DNA of 64,000 bases from Escherichia coli. Its GTDB lineage: Bacteria > Pseudomonadota > Gammaproteobacteria > Enterobacterales > Enterobacteriaceae. The stretch's first letter is position 1, and each line of letters begins with the position of its first letter. The stretch lies in the NCBI RefSeq assembly GCF_003334385.1, contig NZ_QOWN01000019.1. One strand, 5' to 3'. The notes below the pieces were generated by a model. It had not been told where the DNA came from, did no database searches, and saw only the letters and a program-made list of their open reading frames with translations. Positions 22,812 to 34,965 of the stretch are shown here, piece by piece. The position numbers were made by a program, and so were the translations under genes.

Positions 22812-24842
22812 TTACTGTTGCCCTGCCCAGACGACCAGCACTTTATCGTCGCCATGCTCACGAACAAAGCCGTAGCCCTGCTTCAGCAAAAGTGTCGTTT
22901 GTTTGCCCGCGCCAATTGCGGGATGGCGGGCGCGGAACTGGCTGATTTTCTGCCAGTGCGCGACGCTGGCGGCAGATTTACCGCTAACATCCTGCCAGTT
23001 CATATCCGAACGTGTACCTTGCAGCGGATCAGAACCTGTAGGACCGAACGGACGCGAGGATTCATCACCATAAAAGATTTGTACCGCGCCTGGCGCTAAT
23101 AGTAATAACTCTGCTGCTTTGTCGCCCCCTTCACGGAACAGGCGGGTATCATGCGACGAGAGGTAGCTCAACACGTTGAAACCCTGCAATTTCTCCGCCA
23201 TTTGCTGCCAGGTCGTATCCATCTGCGCCAGACAGTCGACTGCTTTCGCCGCCTGCTCCTGATAATCGAAATTGATCATCGCATCGAAGCCGTGGCGATA
23301 GTAGTCACTTTGCATCACGCCGTGGCCCCAGGCTTCACCGGTCATCCAGAAAGGTTTGTCATCTAATGCTTTGTCGGGGTTAGCTTTTTTCCATTCGCGA
23401 AGCGCGGCGCTGGCTTCGGTTTTCAGTTGCTGCCAGGCGGGCAACTCAACATGTTTGGCGGTATCGACCCGAAAACCATCAATCCCATAGTCGCGGACCC
23501 ACTGACTTAACCAGTGGGTTAAGTAATCGCGCGGCGTATAGCCGTCAATGGCTTTGGCGTGGGTATCCATTTTGTTTTTATAGAACACCGGCAGACCAGA
23601 AGCGGTAGTTGATTCGGTTTTGATATCCGGCAAAAAGGCTAGCGACATAGTGAGATCGTCGAATCCAGGATTGTCGTAATCGCCGATATCCGTTCTGATC
23701 CAGTTTTTTCCCCACCATTTATCCCAGCCTGTTTTGTCGCTGAAATTAATGTAATCGTTAAAGCTATGCCAGGTTTGCCCGGCGGCAGGTTTCCAGTCGC
23801 TCCAGCGTTCACCCAGCGATTTTTTCACTTCGTCACCAGAAAGATATAACGCGCCAAACTGATACTCCTGCATATCCGCCAGCGTGGCATAGCCGGTGTG
23901 GTTCATCACGACATCAAAGAGAATACGAATACCGCGCTGATGTGCGCTATCAACCAGCGTCCGTAGATCGGCTTCGTTGCCCATATTGGCATCAAGATTC
24001 GTCCAGTCCTGTGTGTAATAACCGTGGTAGGCATAATGCGGGAAATCGCCTTTTGTACCGCCGCCGACCCAGCCGTGAATTTGCTCAAATGGGGCGCTTA
24101 TCCATAAAGCATTAACGCCCAACTGCTGGAGGTAATCCAGTTTGTTGGTCAGGCCGCGTAAATCGCCGCCGTGAAAAGTGCCAATTTCCGCCATACCGTC
24201 TTTATGACGTCCGTAACTCTGGTCATTACTGGGATCGCCGTTTTCGAAACGATCTGTCAGCACAAAGTAAACCGTGGCGTTATGCCAGTCGAAAGGGGCG
24301 GATGTGTCAGTTTCTGCCCGTTCCAGCAGGAGTAAACCGTTGCTGGTGGCAGCGGGTTGTAACATTATTTGACCGTTCTTCACTATCGCAATTTGCTGGC
24401 TGTAATAATCCCGTACGGCGGCTCCTTCCGGGAAAGTGGCGCTGACATCCACTGTGAGCGGTAATCCATCCCATTTCGGGCATTCACGGACCAGGCTTGC
24501 TACCGGTTCGGCGGCGTTCTGGATGGAAATCATCAATGTTGGCGTACCGGAGCGGGTGTCTATTTGCAGCGTATATTCGCCGTCCCTGAACAATCGCCAT
24601 TGAGGCGGCGTGTTGCTACAAGGTTGCAGGGAAAGCATCTGATTGAGTTTTATCGCATCCGCAGGCTGCCAGCACTGTTGGTCAAAATTTAGCGTTAGTG
24701 GACGCGTACCTTTGGGCAACTGCGCGTGGCTGACAAATGTTCCTGTCCCCTGTTCGCTAAAGGCGGGAAACCCCGGAGAAGTCCAGCTGGCGGCAACGGC
24801 GAAGCCAGGAAGGAGTGTCAGAAAACAGGCGGCGAGTTTCAT
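22812..24842 (-). CDS. malS: periplasmic alpha-amylase (676 aa)
   Basis: Signal peptide; GH13 motifs (GFRVDTAKH, etc.). Confidence 0.93.
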   Translation of the reverse strand: MKLAACFLTLLPGFAVAASWTSPGFPAFSEQGTGTFVSHAQLPKGTRPLTLNFDQQCWQPADAIKLNQMLSLQPCSNTPPQWRLFRDGEYTLQIDTRSGTPTLMISIQNAAEPVASLVRECPKWDGLPLTVDVSATFPEGAAVRDYYSQQIAIVKNGQIMLQPAATSNGLLLLERAETDTSAPFDWHNATVYFVLTDRFENGDPSNDQSYGRHKDGMAEIGTFHGGDLRGLTNKLDYLQQLGVNALWISAPFEQIHGWVGGGTKGDFPHYAYHGYYTQDWTNLDANMGNEADLRTLVDSAHQRGIRILFDVVMNHTGYATLADMQEYQFGALYLSGDEVKKSLGERWSDWKPAAGQTWHSFNDYINFSDKTGWDKWWGKNWIRTDIGDYDNPGFDDLTMSLAFLPDIKTESTTASGLPVFYKNKMDTHAKAIDGYTPRDYLTHWLSQWVRDYGIDGFRVDTAKHVELPAWQQLKTEASAALREWKKANPDKALDDKPFWMTGEAWGHGVMQSDYYRHGFDAMINFDYQEQAAKAVDCLAQMDTTWQQMAEKLQGFNVLSYLSSHDTRLFREGGDKAAELLLLAPGAVQIFYGDESSRPFGPTGSDPLQGTRSDMNWQDVSGKSAASVAHWQKISQFRARHPAIGAGKQTTLLLKQGYGFVREHGDDKVLVVWAGQQ

Positions 24843-24934
24843 GGCGGATGAGTCCTTATTGCTGCGATTTCAGACAGTTTGCCAGCGATAAGCCAAACAA
24901 AACTCATCCCTGAGCGGTAAGTCCACAGGATGAG
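24843..24934 (-). promoter_or_regulatory. malS upstream region with three copies of the MalT-box core GGATGAG
   Basis: GGATGAG at 24846-24852 and 24928-24934 (+) and its complement at 24903-24909. Confidence 0.4.
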
Positions 24935-25161
24935 AAGCAAGGGTGAGCGATCTCGCGCAAAAAACGGCTGAATTTTGCGATAACCCCCACATTTTCTGCG
25001 ATTTAGCGCCAATCTGAATCGTTAACACGTGACATAGTTTCAGATTTGGACTATTCCTTGGGGTGCTCTTGACAGCTATTTTTGATATGATTTGAGATTC
25101 AACTCTCAAATTTGTGAAAAATATAAGGTGTTGGAATGATTAAATCCGACCAGGAGACCTG

Positions 25162-25986
25162 ATGATTTTGACTCCCATACGACGATATGGGGCGATGATT
25201 CTTATGTTACTCACTCTGGTGTTTTCGAGTGAGGTGTTAGCGAAGACGCACACAACAACAGCGAGTCAAAAGTCCCACTTAACTAAAGCTAGTAATAAAC
25301 AGGTAAGCAGTAAACAAGAGTATTCTCGCAATAGTGCAAAGAGTAGTTCACTTCCTGATTTGCGAAAATACCCTTCCGGAACACCAAGGAAAAAGGCGTT
25401 TCTCCGGACCGTAATGCCTTACATTACCAGCCAAAATGCGGCCATTACTGCGGAACGTAACTGGCTCATTTCAAAACAGTATCAGGGCCAATGGTCACCT
25501 GCTGAGCGTGCGCGTCTGAAAGACATCGCCAAACGCTACAAGGTGAAGTGGTCCGGTAATACGCGAAAAATCCCGTGGAATACCTTGCTTGAACGCGTAG
25601 ACATTATCCCCACCAGTATGGTGGCGACGATGGCTGCAGCAGAAAGCGGTTGGGGAACGTCGAAGCTGGCGCGCAACAACAACAACCTGTTCGGCATGAA
25701 ATGCATGAAAGGACGTTGTACCAATGCGCCAGGTAAAGTGAAAGGGTACTCACAGTTTAGTTCTGTCAAAGAATCGGTGAGCGCCTATGTCACTAACCTG
25801 AATACGCACCCGGCTTACTCTTCGTTCCGTAAATCGCGTGCGCAGCTGCGTAAAGCGGATCAGGAAGTGACTGCCACAGCGATGATTCACAAGCTGAAGG
25901 GCTACTCGACCAAAGGGAAGAGTTATAACAACTACCTGTTCGCAATGTACCAGGATAACCAACGGTTAATCGCGGCGCATATGTAA
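25162..25986 (+). CDS. bax: Bax protein, glucosaminidase-domain family (274 aa)
   Basis: Track ORF; N-terminal signal/TM segment; context between malS and xylR. Confidence 0.85.
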   Translation: MILTPIRRYGAMILMLLTLVFSSEVLAKTHTTTASQKSHLTKASNKQVSSKQEYSRNSAKSSSLPDLRKYPSGTPRKKAFLRTVMPYITSQNAAITAERNWLISKQYQGQWSPAERARLKDIAKRYKVKWSGNTRKIPWNTLLERVDIIPTSMVATMAAAESGWGTSKLARNNNNLFGMKCMKGRCTNAPGKVKGYSQFSSVKESVSAYVTNLNTHPAYSSFRKSRAQLRKADQEVTATAMIHKLKGYSTKGKSYNNYLFAMYQDNQRLIAAHM

Positions 25987-26049
25987 TTGCATTTCCTTGA
26001 GCCTTATCCGACTTGTCAGTCGTACTTTGTCTCAGGCAGTTGAGCTACG

Positions 26050-26125
<76 letters not shown>

Positions 26126-26169
26126 CCACGCAGCGTTACCTGATGTGACGCCGACAATTCTCATCATCG

Positions 26170-27348
26170 CTACAACATGACCTCGCTATTTACATCGCGA
26201 TACTCTTTTGGCGTCGTGTCATATGCTTTTTTAAAAACAGAGTAGAAATATTGCAGCGATGGATAACCGCACATTTGCGATATCTCATTGATCGACAAGG
26301 TGGTTGAAATCAGCAGACTGCGCGCTTTCTCCAGCTTCTCGGCATGAATCATGGCATGGATGGTTTCACCCACCTCTTCTTTAAAACGCTTCTCAAGATT
26401 GGAGCGCGAGATCCCGACCGCATCCAGTACCTGATCCACTTTAATCCCTTTACAGGCGTGATTACGAATGTAATGCATGGCCTGAATAACGGCGGGATCG
26501 GTCAGCGAGCGATAATCTGTTGAGCGCCGTTCAATGACGCGAACTGGTGGGACCAAAATTCGCTGTAGCGGCATTTCTTCTTTATCTAATAATCGATGCA
26601 ACAGTTTTGCCGCCTGATAGCCCATTTGCCGCGCGCCCTGAGCGACCGAAGAAAGGGCGACACGCGACAGATAGCGGGTCAGTTCTTCGTTATCGATGCC
26701 AATCACGCATAATTTTTCCGGTACGGGAATATGTAGATGTTCACATACTTGCAGAATATGCCGCGCTCGGGCGTCAGTAACGGCAATAATCCCGGTTTGC
26801 GGTGGTAGCGTTTGTAGCCAGTCTGCCAGCCGATTTTGCGCGTGTTGCCAGTTCTCTGGCGCGGTTTCTAACCCCTGATAAACCACTCCGCGATACTTTT
26901 CTTCGGCGACAAGCTGACGAAATGCATATTCGCGCTCAGTGGCCCAACGTTTGCCGCTTGATTCCGGAAGACCATAAAAAGCAAAGCGGTTAACGCCTTT
27001 CTCTTTTAAATGCAAAAATGCGCTTTCAACCAGCGCATAGTTATCGGTGGCAATGTAATGAACGGGTGGGTAACTTTCTGCAAGGTGATACGAGCCGCCA
27101 ACCCCAACAATGGGGACGTCGACATCAGCCAGCGCTTGCTCGATCTGTTTGTCGTCGAAGTCGGCAATGACGCCATCTCCTAACCAGTCCTTGATTTTAT
27201 CAATGCGGGCGCGGAAATCTTCTTCAATGAAAATATCCCATTCCGATTGTGACGCCTGTAAATATTCCCCTACGCCTTCTACTACCTGCCGGTCATAGGC
27301 TTTATTGGCATTGAACAGTAATGTGATGCGGTGACGTTTAGTAAACAT
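26170..27348 (-). CDS. xylR: xylose operon activator, AraC family with periplasmic-binding-protein-like N-domain (392 aa)
   Basis: C-terminal AraC HTH; context. Confidence 0.93.
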   Translation of the reverse strand: MFTKRHRITLLFNANKAYDRQVVEGVGEYLQASQSEWDIFIEEDFRARIDKIKDWLGDGVIADFDDKQIEQALADVDVPIVGVGGSYHLAESYPPVHYIATDNYALVESAFLHLKEKGVNRFAFYGLPESSGKRWATEREYAFRQLVAEEKYRGVVYQGLETAPENWQHAQNRLADWLQTLPPQTGIIAVTDARARHILQVCEHLHIPVPEKLCVIGIDNEELTRYLSRVALSSVAQGARQMGYQAAKLLHRLLDKEEMPLQRILVPPVRVIERRSTDYRSLTDPAVIQAMHYIRNHACKGIKVDQVLDAVGISRSNLEKRFKEEVGETIHAMIHAEKLEKARSLLISTTLSINEISQMCGYPSLQYFYSVFKKAYDTTPKEYRDVNSEVML

Positions 27349-27425
27349 GGTTCTTTTCCTGCTGAATCATGCAAAAACTCAAAACCGGTAATACGTAACC
27401 GGCTTTGAGAAAATTTTTATCAAAA

Positions 27426-28607
27426 TCAAGAACGGCGTTTGGTTGCGGAGTCCATCCATACTGCCAGCAACAGAATCGCACCTTTAACGATATACTGCCA
27501 GAAGGTCGGTACATCCATCATACTCATGCCGTTATCCAGTGAAGCCATGATAAATGCCCCCATTACTGCTCCGGCAACGCTTCCCACACCGCCAGCCAGG
27601 CTGGTGCCGCCAATCACGCATGCTGCAATTGCGTCCAGTTCGGCGATATTTCCCGCAGAAGGTGAACCAGCGCCAAGTCGAGAACTAAGGATTAATCCGG
27701 CGATGGCTACCATTAATCCGTTAATCGCGAACACGGCAAGTTTGGTGCGTTCAACGTTAATCCCGGAGAGACGTGCTGCTTCCAGATTGCCGCCGATGGC
27801 ATAAATGCGTCGTCCAAATGCCGTCCGCGTTGCCATAAACATTCCGCCGAGTAACAGCAACGTCAGCAGCAGAACAGGAGTGGGAACGCCACGGTAATCA
27901 TTCAACAGCCAGATTGCGCCTAATACGATGATAGCGGTTAAAGCCTGGCGACCGACTACTGCGGTAGAGGCCGGAGACTGTAAACCCAAAGCCTGACGGC
28001 GCATTCTTCCGCGCCATTGCCAACCAACAAAAGCCATTAAGCCAAGCGCGCCAATGATGAAGCCGGTACTGGCGGGGAGATAGCTTTGCCCAATTTGTGA
28101 CATCGCGGCGCTGGTGGGGGATACAGTCGTGCCGTTGGTGATGCCAATGAGTATGCCGCGAAATGCCAACATGCCCGCGAGGGTGACAATAAATGAAGGG
28201 ACTTTACGGTACGCGACCCACCATCCGTTCCAGGCACCGAGAAGCAGTCCCAGAACCAGCGTCACAATGATGGTAAGTGGCAAAGGCCAGCCTAACCAGA
28301 CGTCACAAATCGCCGCGACGCCACCTAACAGCCCCATCATTGAGCCGACGGAAAGGTCGATTTCAGCAGAAATTATGACGAACACCATTCCTACCGCGAG
28401 GATGCCGGTAATCGCGGTCTGGCGTAACAGGTTGGAGACGTTACGGGCGCTTAAGTAGGCACCATCGGTGGTCCAGGTAAAGAACAGCATGATTGCGATG
28501 ATAGCTGCAATCATCACGAAGACCTGCAAATTCAGTGATTTCAGCCCGGAGAAGCCACCGGATGTCGGTACGGCCAATTTCACTTCAGACGGATTGCTTT
28601 TCGACAT
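27426..28607 (-). CDS. xylH: xylose ABC transporter permease (393 aa)
   Basis: Polytopic membrane protein, overlaps xylG 3' end. Confidence 0.93.
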
Positions 28608-30126
28608 GATGTTCGCTCCTCAATGCGGCTTCCATCACCTGCTCCTGAGTCAGGTTATGATTTATCAGGTTGGCTTTTAGTTTCCCTTCATGCATCACCA
28701 GTACACGATCGCTAAGGCCGAGCACTTCAGGTAATTCGGAAGAGATGACAATAACGGCAATACCCTGCTGGACGAGTTGGTTAATTAATTTGTAGATCTC
28801 GTATTTCGCGCCAATATCGATACCCCTGGTGGGTTCATCAAGAATGAGAATGCGCGGGTTAAGTAACAGACAGCGAGCGAGGATCGCTTTTTGCTGATTG
28901 CCGCCGCTCAAACGTCCAATAGCAAGGTCGGGGGACGACGTTTTAACTTTGAGTTGCTGGATTGATTCCAGAATACATTTTTGCTCTGCCGCGTCATCAA
29001 GCTGGCTAATGCCACCGGTAAATTTATTGAGTGCGGCGAGGGTAATATTTTTACCAACCGCCATTACCGGAACGATGCCGTCGCGCTTTCTGTCTTCGGG
29101 GACCATCGCAATCCCCTGGGCGATGGCTTGCTGACAGTTACGAATATCTACCTGTTTGCCATCAATATAAATTTTTCCTTCCCATTGTCCGGGCCACACA
29201 CCAAACAGGCACTGAATGGTCTCGGTACGTCCGGCACCAACGAGTCCGGCAATACCCAATATTTCGCCACGTTTCAGGGAAAACGAGACATCATTAACTC
29301 GTTTAATATGACGATTAACCGGATGCCATGCCGTCAGATGTTCAATACGTAATATTTCATCTCCGGTGGTATGTGGTTCATTAGGGTAAAGCGCGGTTAA
29401 CTCTCGCCCGACCATCATGGTGATAATATCGTCTTCACTCATTCCGGCAGCATCACGCGTACCAATGTGCTGTCCGTCGCGAATAACGCAAATCGTATCG
29501 GAAATCGCTTTGACTTCGTTGAGTTTGTGCGAAATATAAATACAGGCGATACCGTGCTGTTGTAGATCGCGAATAATATCCAGTAAAACCGACGTTTCCT
29601 GCTCAGTTAATGAGGCTGTCGGTTCATCGAGAATTAACAAGCGCACCTGTTTATTAAGTGCCTTGGCAATTTCAACCAGTTGTTGTTGCCCAAGCCCTAA
29701 ATCGCCAACGCGGGTATCAGGTGAAATGGATAAACTGACCTGTGCGAGCAGCTTCTGACAGCGTAGCGTCATCAGGTCATAATCCATAATGCCATTGTGA
29801 GTTATTTCGTTACCCAGGAAGATATTTTCCAGCACGGTCAATTCTTTCACCAGGGCCAATTCCTGATGAATGATGGCGATACCTTTGCGTTCGGTATCGC
29901 GGATGTGACTCGCCTGAATCTCTTCTCCCGCAAAAATAATTTCGCCTTCGTAGGAGCCATGGGGATAAATACCACACAGCACTTTCATCAGCGTTGATTT
30001 ACCAGACCCATTTTCCCCACAAAGTGAGACGATTTCGCCAGCATTCAACCGCAAGCAGACGTTATCAATCGCCTTCACACTGCCGAAGGTTTTGGTAATG
30101 TTCTTCATTTCAAGTAGATAAGGCAT
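28585..30126 (-). CDS. xylG: xylose ABC transporter ATP-binding protein, duplicated ABC domains (513 aa)
   Basis: Two Walker A (GENGSGKST / GLVGAGRTE) and signature motifs. Confidence 0.93.
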
Positions 30127-30203
30127 AACGACTCCACCTAAGCCAATTCATTCACGCGGCATGGAGAGAAATCACGCCCCCGCTCCGCGCTGGGGCGTAA
30201 CGC

Positions 30204-31196
30204 TTACAGCTCGCTCTCTTTGTGGAATCCGTCTTTAATTACCGTATCTTTGATGTTGTTTTTATTCACATCGATCGGTGTCAGGAGGCGGGAGGGGACA
30301 TCTTTCAGGCCATTATTCAGTGTGGTATCTGCTTTTGGTTCCTGACCATTGCCCAACTCAACGGCAATTTCTGCGGCAGTATTTGCCAACAACGTAATAG
30401 GTTTATACACCGTCATAGTTTGCGTACCGGCAGCAATACGTTTAATACCTGCGAGATCCGCATCCTGGCCGGAGATTGCTACTTTCCCTGATAAACCTTG
30501 CGCGCTTAATGCCTGAATTGCCCCACCTGCGGTGGCATCGTTTGAGGCAACTACAGCATCAATTTTGTTATTATTGGCGGTTAGCGCGTTTTCCATAATT
30601 TTCAATGCGTTTTCCGGTAACCAGCCATCAACCCATTGGTCACCAACGACTTTAATTTTTCCGGAATCAACGTAAGGTTTTAACACTTTCATTTGTCCGG
30701 CGCGGAACAGCTTGGCGTTGTTATCTACCGGCGAGCCGCCCATCAGGAAGTAATTACCTTGCGGAACAATATCGACCAGGGCTTTTGCCTGCAGTTCACC
30801 GACTTTTTCGTTATCGAAAGAAATATAAAAATCGATATCCGCATCGTTAATCATACGGTCGTAAGCTAATACTTTAATGCCTTCTTGTTTGGCTTCTTTT
30901 ACAACGTTACTTAATACCTGACCGTTATACGGAATAATGACAAGAACATCGACACCCCGGTTTATCATGTTTTCAATCTGCGACATTTGTGTTTCTTCAT
31001 TGCCATTTGCAGACTGTACAAATACTTTCGCGCCGAGAGATTCTGCCTTTTTCACAAAGATATCTCGATCTTTTTGCCAGCGTTCAAGACGGAGATCATC
31101 AATCGCCATACCTATTTTGACTTCTTTGGCGTGTGCAGCAACGTTGGTAAGCAGGAGTGAGGTGCAAAGGGTGAGTAGAATGTTCTTTATTTTCAT
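30204..31196 (-). CDS. xylF: xylose-binding periplasmic protein (330 aa)
   Basis: Native start MKIKNILLTLCTSLLLTNVAAHA (signal peptide); track ORF over-extended. Confidence 0.93.
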   Translation of the reverse strand: MKIKNILLTLCTSLLLTNVAAHAKEVKIGMAIDDLRLERWQKDRDIFVKKAESLGAKVFVQSANGNEETQMSQIENMINRGVDVLVIIPYNGQVLSNVVKEAKQEGIKVLAYDRMINDADIDFYISFDNEKVGELQAKALVDIVPQGNYFLMGGSPVDNNAKLFRAGQMKVLKPYVDSGKIKVVGDQWVDGWLPENALKIMENALTANNNKIDAVVASNDATAGGAIQALSAQGLSGKVAISGQDADLAGIKRIAAGTQTMTVYKPITLLANTAAEIAVELGNGQEPKADTTLNNGLKDVPSRLLTPIDVNKNNIKDTVIKDGFHKESEL

Positions 31197-31561
31197 GGTG
31201 TAGGGCCTTCTGTAGTTAGAGGACAGTTTTAATAAGTAACAATCACCGCGATAAACGTAACCAATTTTTAGCAACTAAACAGGGGAAAACAATTACAGAT
31301 TTTTATCTTTCGATTACGATTTTTGGTTTATTTCTTGATTTATGACCGAGATCTTACTTTTGTTGCGCAATTGTACTTATTGCATTTTTCTCTTCGAGGA
31401 ATTACCCAGTTTCATCATTCCATTTTATTTTGCGAGCGAGCGCACACTTGTGAATTATCTCAATAGCAGTGTGAAATAACATAATTGAGCAACTGAAAGG
31501 GAGTGCCCAATATTACGACATCATCCATCACCCGCGGCATTACCTGATTATGGAGTTCAAT
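31197..31561. promoter_or_regulatory. divergent xylF / xylA promoter region (expected XylR and CRP sites)
   Basis: 365-bp AT-rich intergenic region between divergent xylFGHR and xylAB; TGTGA-containing CRP-like half-sites present. Confidence 0.55.
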
Positions 31562-32884
31562 ATGCAAGCCTATTTTGACCAGCTCGATCGCGTTCGTTAT
31601 GAAGGCTCAAAATCCTCAAACCCGTTAGCATTCCGTCACTACAATCCCGACGAACTGGTGTTGGGTAAGCGTATGGAAGAGCACTTGCGTTTTGCCGCCT
31701 GCTACTGGCACACCTTCTGCTGGAACGGGGCGGATATGTTTGGTGTGGGGGCGTTTAATCGTCCGTGGCAGCAGCCTGGTGAGGCACTGGCGTTGGCGAA
31801 GCGTAAAGCAGATGTCGCATTTGAGTTTTTCCACAAGTTACATGTGCCATTTTATTGCTTCCACGATGTGGATGTTTCCCCTGAGGGCGCGTCGTTAAAA
31901 GAGTACATCAATAATTTTGCGCAAATGGTTGATGTCCTGGCAGGCAAGCAAGAAGAGAGCGGCGTGAAGCTGCTGTGGGGAACCGCCAACTGCTTTACAA
32001 ACCCTCGCTACGGCGCGGGTGCGGCGACGAACCCAGATCCTGAAGTCTTCAGCTGGGCGGCAACGCAAGTTGTTACAGCGATGGAAGCAACCCATAAATT
32101 GGGCGGTGAAAACTATGTCCTGTGGGGCGGTCGTGAAGGTTACGAAACGCTGTTAAATACCGACTTGCGTCAGGAGCGTGAACAACTGGGCCGCTTTATG
32201 CAGATGGTGGTTGAGCATAAACATAAAATCGGTTTCCAGGGCACGTTGCTTATCGAACCGAAACCGCAAGAACCGACCAAACATCAATATGATTACGATG
32301 CCGCGACGGTCTATGGCTTCCTGAAACAGTTTGGTCTGGAAAAAGAGATTAAACTGAACATTGAAGCTAACCACGCGACGCTGGCAGGTCACTCTTTCCA
32401 TCATGAAATAGCCACCGCCATTGCGCTTGGCCTGTTCGGTTCTGTCGACGCCAACCGTGGCGATGCGCAACTGGGCTGGGACACCGACCAGTTCCCGAAC
32501 AGTGTGGAAGAGAATGCGCTGGTGATGTATGAAATTCTCAAAGCAGGCGGTTTCACCACCGGTGGTCTGAACTTCGATGCCAAAGTACGTCGTCAAAGTA
32601 CTGATAAATATGATCTGTTTTACGGTCATATCGGCGCGATGGATACGATGGCACTGGCGCTGAAAATTGCAGCGCGCATGATTGAAGATGGCGAGCTGGA
32701 TAAACGCATCGCGCAGCGTTATTCCGGCTGGAATAGCGAATTGGGCCAGCAAATCCTGAAAGGCCAAATGTCACTGGCAGATTTAGCCAAATATGCTCAG
32801 GAACATCATTTGTCTCCGGTGCATCAGAGTGGTCGCCAGGAACAACTGGAAAATCTGGTAAACCATTATCTGTTCGACAAATAA
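31562..32884 (+). CDS. xylA: xylose isomerase (440 aa)
   Basis: Native start [16 protein letters not shown]; conserved FHD and WGGREG motifs. Confidence 0.95.
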
Positions 32885-32955
32885 CGGCTAACTGTGCAGT
32901 CCGTTGGCCCGGTTATCGGTAGCGATACCGGGCATTTTTTTAAGGAACGATCGAT

Positions 32956-34410
32956 ATGTATATCGGGATAGATCTTGGCACCTCGGGCGTAAAAGTTATT
33001 TTGCTCAACGAGCAGGGTGAGGTGGTTGCTGCGCAAACGGAAAAGCTGACCGTTTCGCGCCCGCATCCACTCTGGTCGGAACAAGACCCGGAACAGTGGT
33101 GGCAGGCAACTGATCGCGCAATGAAAGCTCTGGGCGATCAGCATTCTCTGCAGGACGTTAAAGCATTGGGTATTGCCGGCCAGATGCACGGAGCAACCTT
33201 GCTGGATGCTCAGCAACGGGTGTTACGCCCTGCCATTTTGTGGAACGACGGGCGCTGTGCGCAAGAGTGCACTTTGCTGGAAGCGCGAGTTCCGCAATCG
33301 CGGGTGATTACCGGCAACCTGATGATGCCCGGATTTACTGCGCCTAAATTGCTATGGGTTCAGCGGCATGAGCCGGAGATATTCCGTCAAATCGACAAAG
33401 TATTATTACCGAAAGATTACTTGCGTCTGCGTATGACGGGGGAGTTTGCCAGCGATATGTCTGACGCAGCTGGCACCATGTGGCTGGATGTCGCAAAGCG
33501 TGACTGGAGTGACGTCATGCTGCAGGCTTGCGACTTATCTCGTGACCAGATGCCCGCATTATACGAAGGCAGCGAAATTACTGGTGCTTTGTTACCTGAA
33601 GTTGCGAAAGCGTGGGGTATGGCGACGGTGCCAGTTGTCGCAGGCGGTGGCGACAATGCAGCTGGTGCAGTTGGTGTGGGAATGGTTGATGCTAATCAGG
33701 CAATGTTATCGCTGGGGACGTCGGGGGTCTATTTTGCTGTCAGCGAAGGGTTCTTAAGCAAGCCAGAAAGCGCCGTACATAGCTTTTGCCATGCGCTACC
33801 GCAACGTTGGCATTTAATGTCTGTGATGCTGAGTGCAGCGTCGTGTCTGGATTGGGCCGCGAAATTAACCGGCCTGAGCAATGTCCCAGCTTTAATCGCT
33901 GCAGCTCAACAGGCTGATGAAAGTGCCGAGCCAGTTTGGTTTCTGCCTTATCTTTCCGGCGAGCGTACGCCACACAATAATCCCCAGGCGAAGGGGGTTT
34001 TCTTTGGTTTGACTCATCAACATGGCCCCAATGAACTGGCGCGAGCAGTGCTGGAAGGCGTGGGTTATGCGCTGGCAGATGGCATGGATGTCGTGCATGC
34101 CTGCGGTATTAAACCGCAAAGTGTTACGTTGATTGGGGGCGGGGCGCGTAGTGAGTACTGGCGTCAGATGCTGGCGGATATCAGCGGTCAGCAGCTCGAT
34201 TACCGTACGGGGGGGGATGTGGGGCCAGCACTGGGCGCAGCAAGGCTGGCGCAGATCGCGGCGAATCCAGAGAAATCGCTCATTGAATTGTTGCCGCAAC
34301 TACCGTTAGAACAGTCGCATCTACCAGATGCGCAGCGTTATGCCGCTTATCAGCCACGACGAGAAACGTTCCGTCGCCTCTATCAGCAACTTCTGCCATT
34401 AATGGCGTAA
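32956..34410 (+). CDS. xylB: xylulokinase (484 aa)
   Basis: FGGY kinase; N-terminus MYIGIDLGTSGVK. Confidence 0.95.
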   Translation: MYIGIDLGTSGVKVILLNEQGEVVAAQTEKLTVSRPHPLWSEQDPEQWWQATDRAMKALGDQHSLQDVKALGIAGQMHGATLLDAQQRVLRPAILWNDGRCAQECTLLEARVPQSRVITGNLMMPGFTAPKLLWVQRHEPEIFRQIDKVLLPKDYLRLRMTGEFASDMSDAAGTMWLDVAKRDWSDVMLQACDLSRDQMPALYEGSEITGALLPEVAKAWGMATVPVVAGGGDNAAGAVGVGMVDANQAMLSLGTSGVYFAVSEGFLSKPESAVHSFCHALPQRWHLMSVMLSAASCLDWAAKLTGLSNVPALIAAAQQADESAEPVWFLPYLSGERTPHNNPQAKGVFFGLTHQHGPNELARAVLEGVGYALADGMDVVHACGIKPQSVTLIGGGARSEYWRQMLADISGQQLDYRTGGDVGPALGAARLAQIAANPEKSLIELLPQLPLEQSHLPDAQRYAAYQPRRETFRRLYQQLLPLMA

Positions 34411-34578
34411 ACGTTATCCCCTGCCTGACCGGGTGGGGGATAATTCACATCTATATATCTCAGTAATTAATTAATATTTAGTATGAATTTATTCTGAAAA
34501 TCATTTGTTAATGGCATTTTTCAGTTTTGTCTTTCGTTGGTTACTCGTAATGTATCGCTGGTAGATATGGAGATCGTT

Positions 34579-34920
34579 ATGAAAACCTCAAAGACTGTGG
34601 CAAAACTATTATTTGTTGTCGGGGCGCTGGTTTATCTGGTTGGGCTATGGATCTCATGCCCATTGTTAAGTGGAAAAGGCTATTTTCTTGGCGTGTTAAT
34701 GACAGCAACTTTTGGCAACTATGCATATCTTCGCGCAGAAAAACTCGGGCAACTGGATGATTTTTTTACCCATATCTGCCAGTTAGTTGCGTTAATCACT
34801 ATCGGTCTCTTGTTTATCGGTGTTTTAAACGCACCTATCAATACTTATGAAATGGTGATCTATCCCATCGCCTTTTTTGTCTGCTTGTTTGGTCAAATGC
34901 GTTTGTTTCGCTCGGCATGA
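34579..34920 (+). CDS. yiaB: YiaA/YiaB-family inner membrane protein (113 aa)
   Basis: ATG 34579; internal repeat of two-helix unit; paralog of next gene. Confidence 0.8.
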   Translation: MKTSKTVAKLLFVVGALVYLVGLWISCPLLSGKGYFLGVLMTATFGNYAYLRAEKLGQLDDFFTHICQLVALITIGLLFIGVLNAPINTYEMVIYPIAFFVCLFGQMRLFRSA

Positions 34921-34965
34921 GCAACATAAAGCTCTTACATATTCAGGAATGAAAGGAATACTGTG

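Noticed and set aside
25060-25100. Possible sigma-70 promoter for bax (TTGACA at about 25069)
   Set aside because: A -35-like hexamer is present but I could not place a convincing -10 at 16-18 bp spacing by eye; left uncalled.
32153-32767. 204-codon minus-strand ORF antisense to xylA
   Set aside because: Antisense to xylose isomerase; no independent support.
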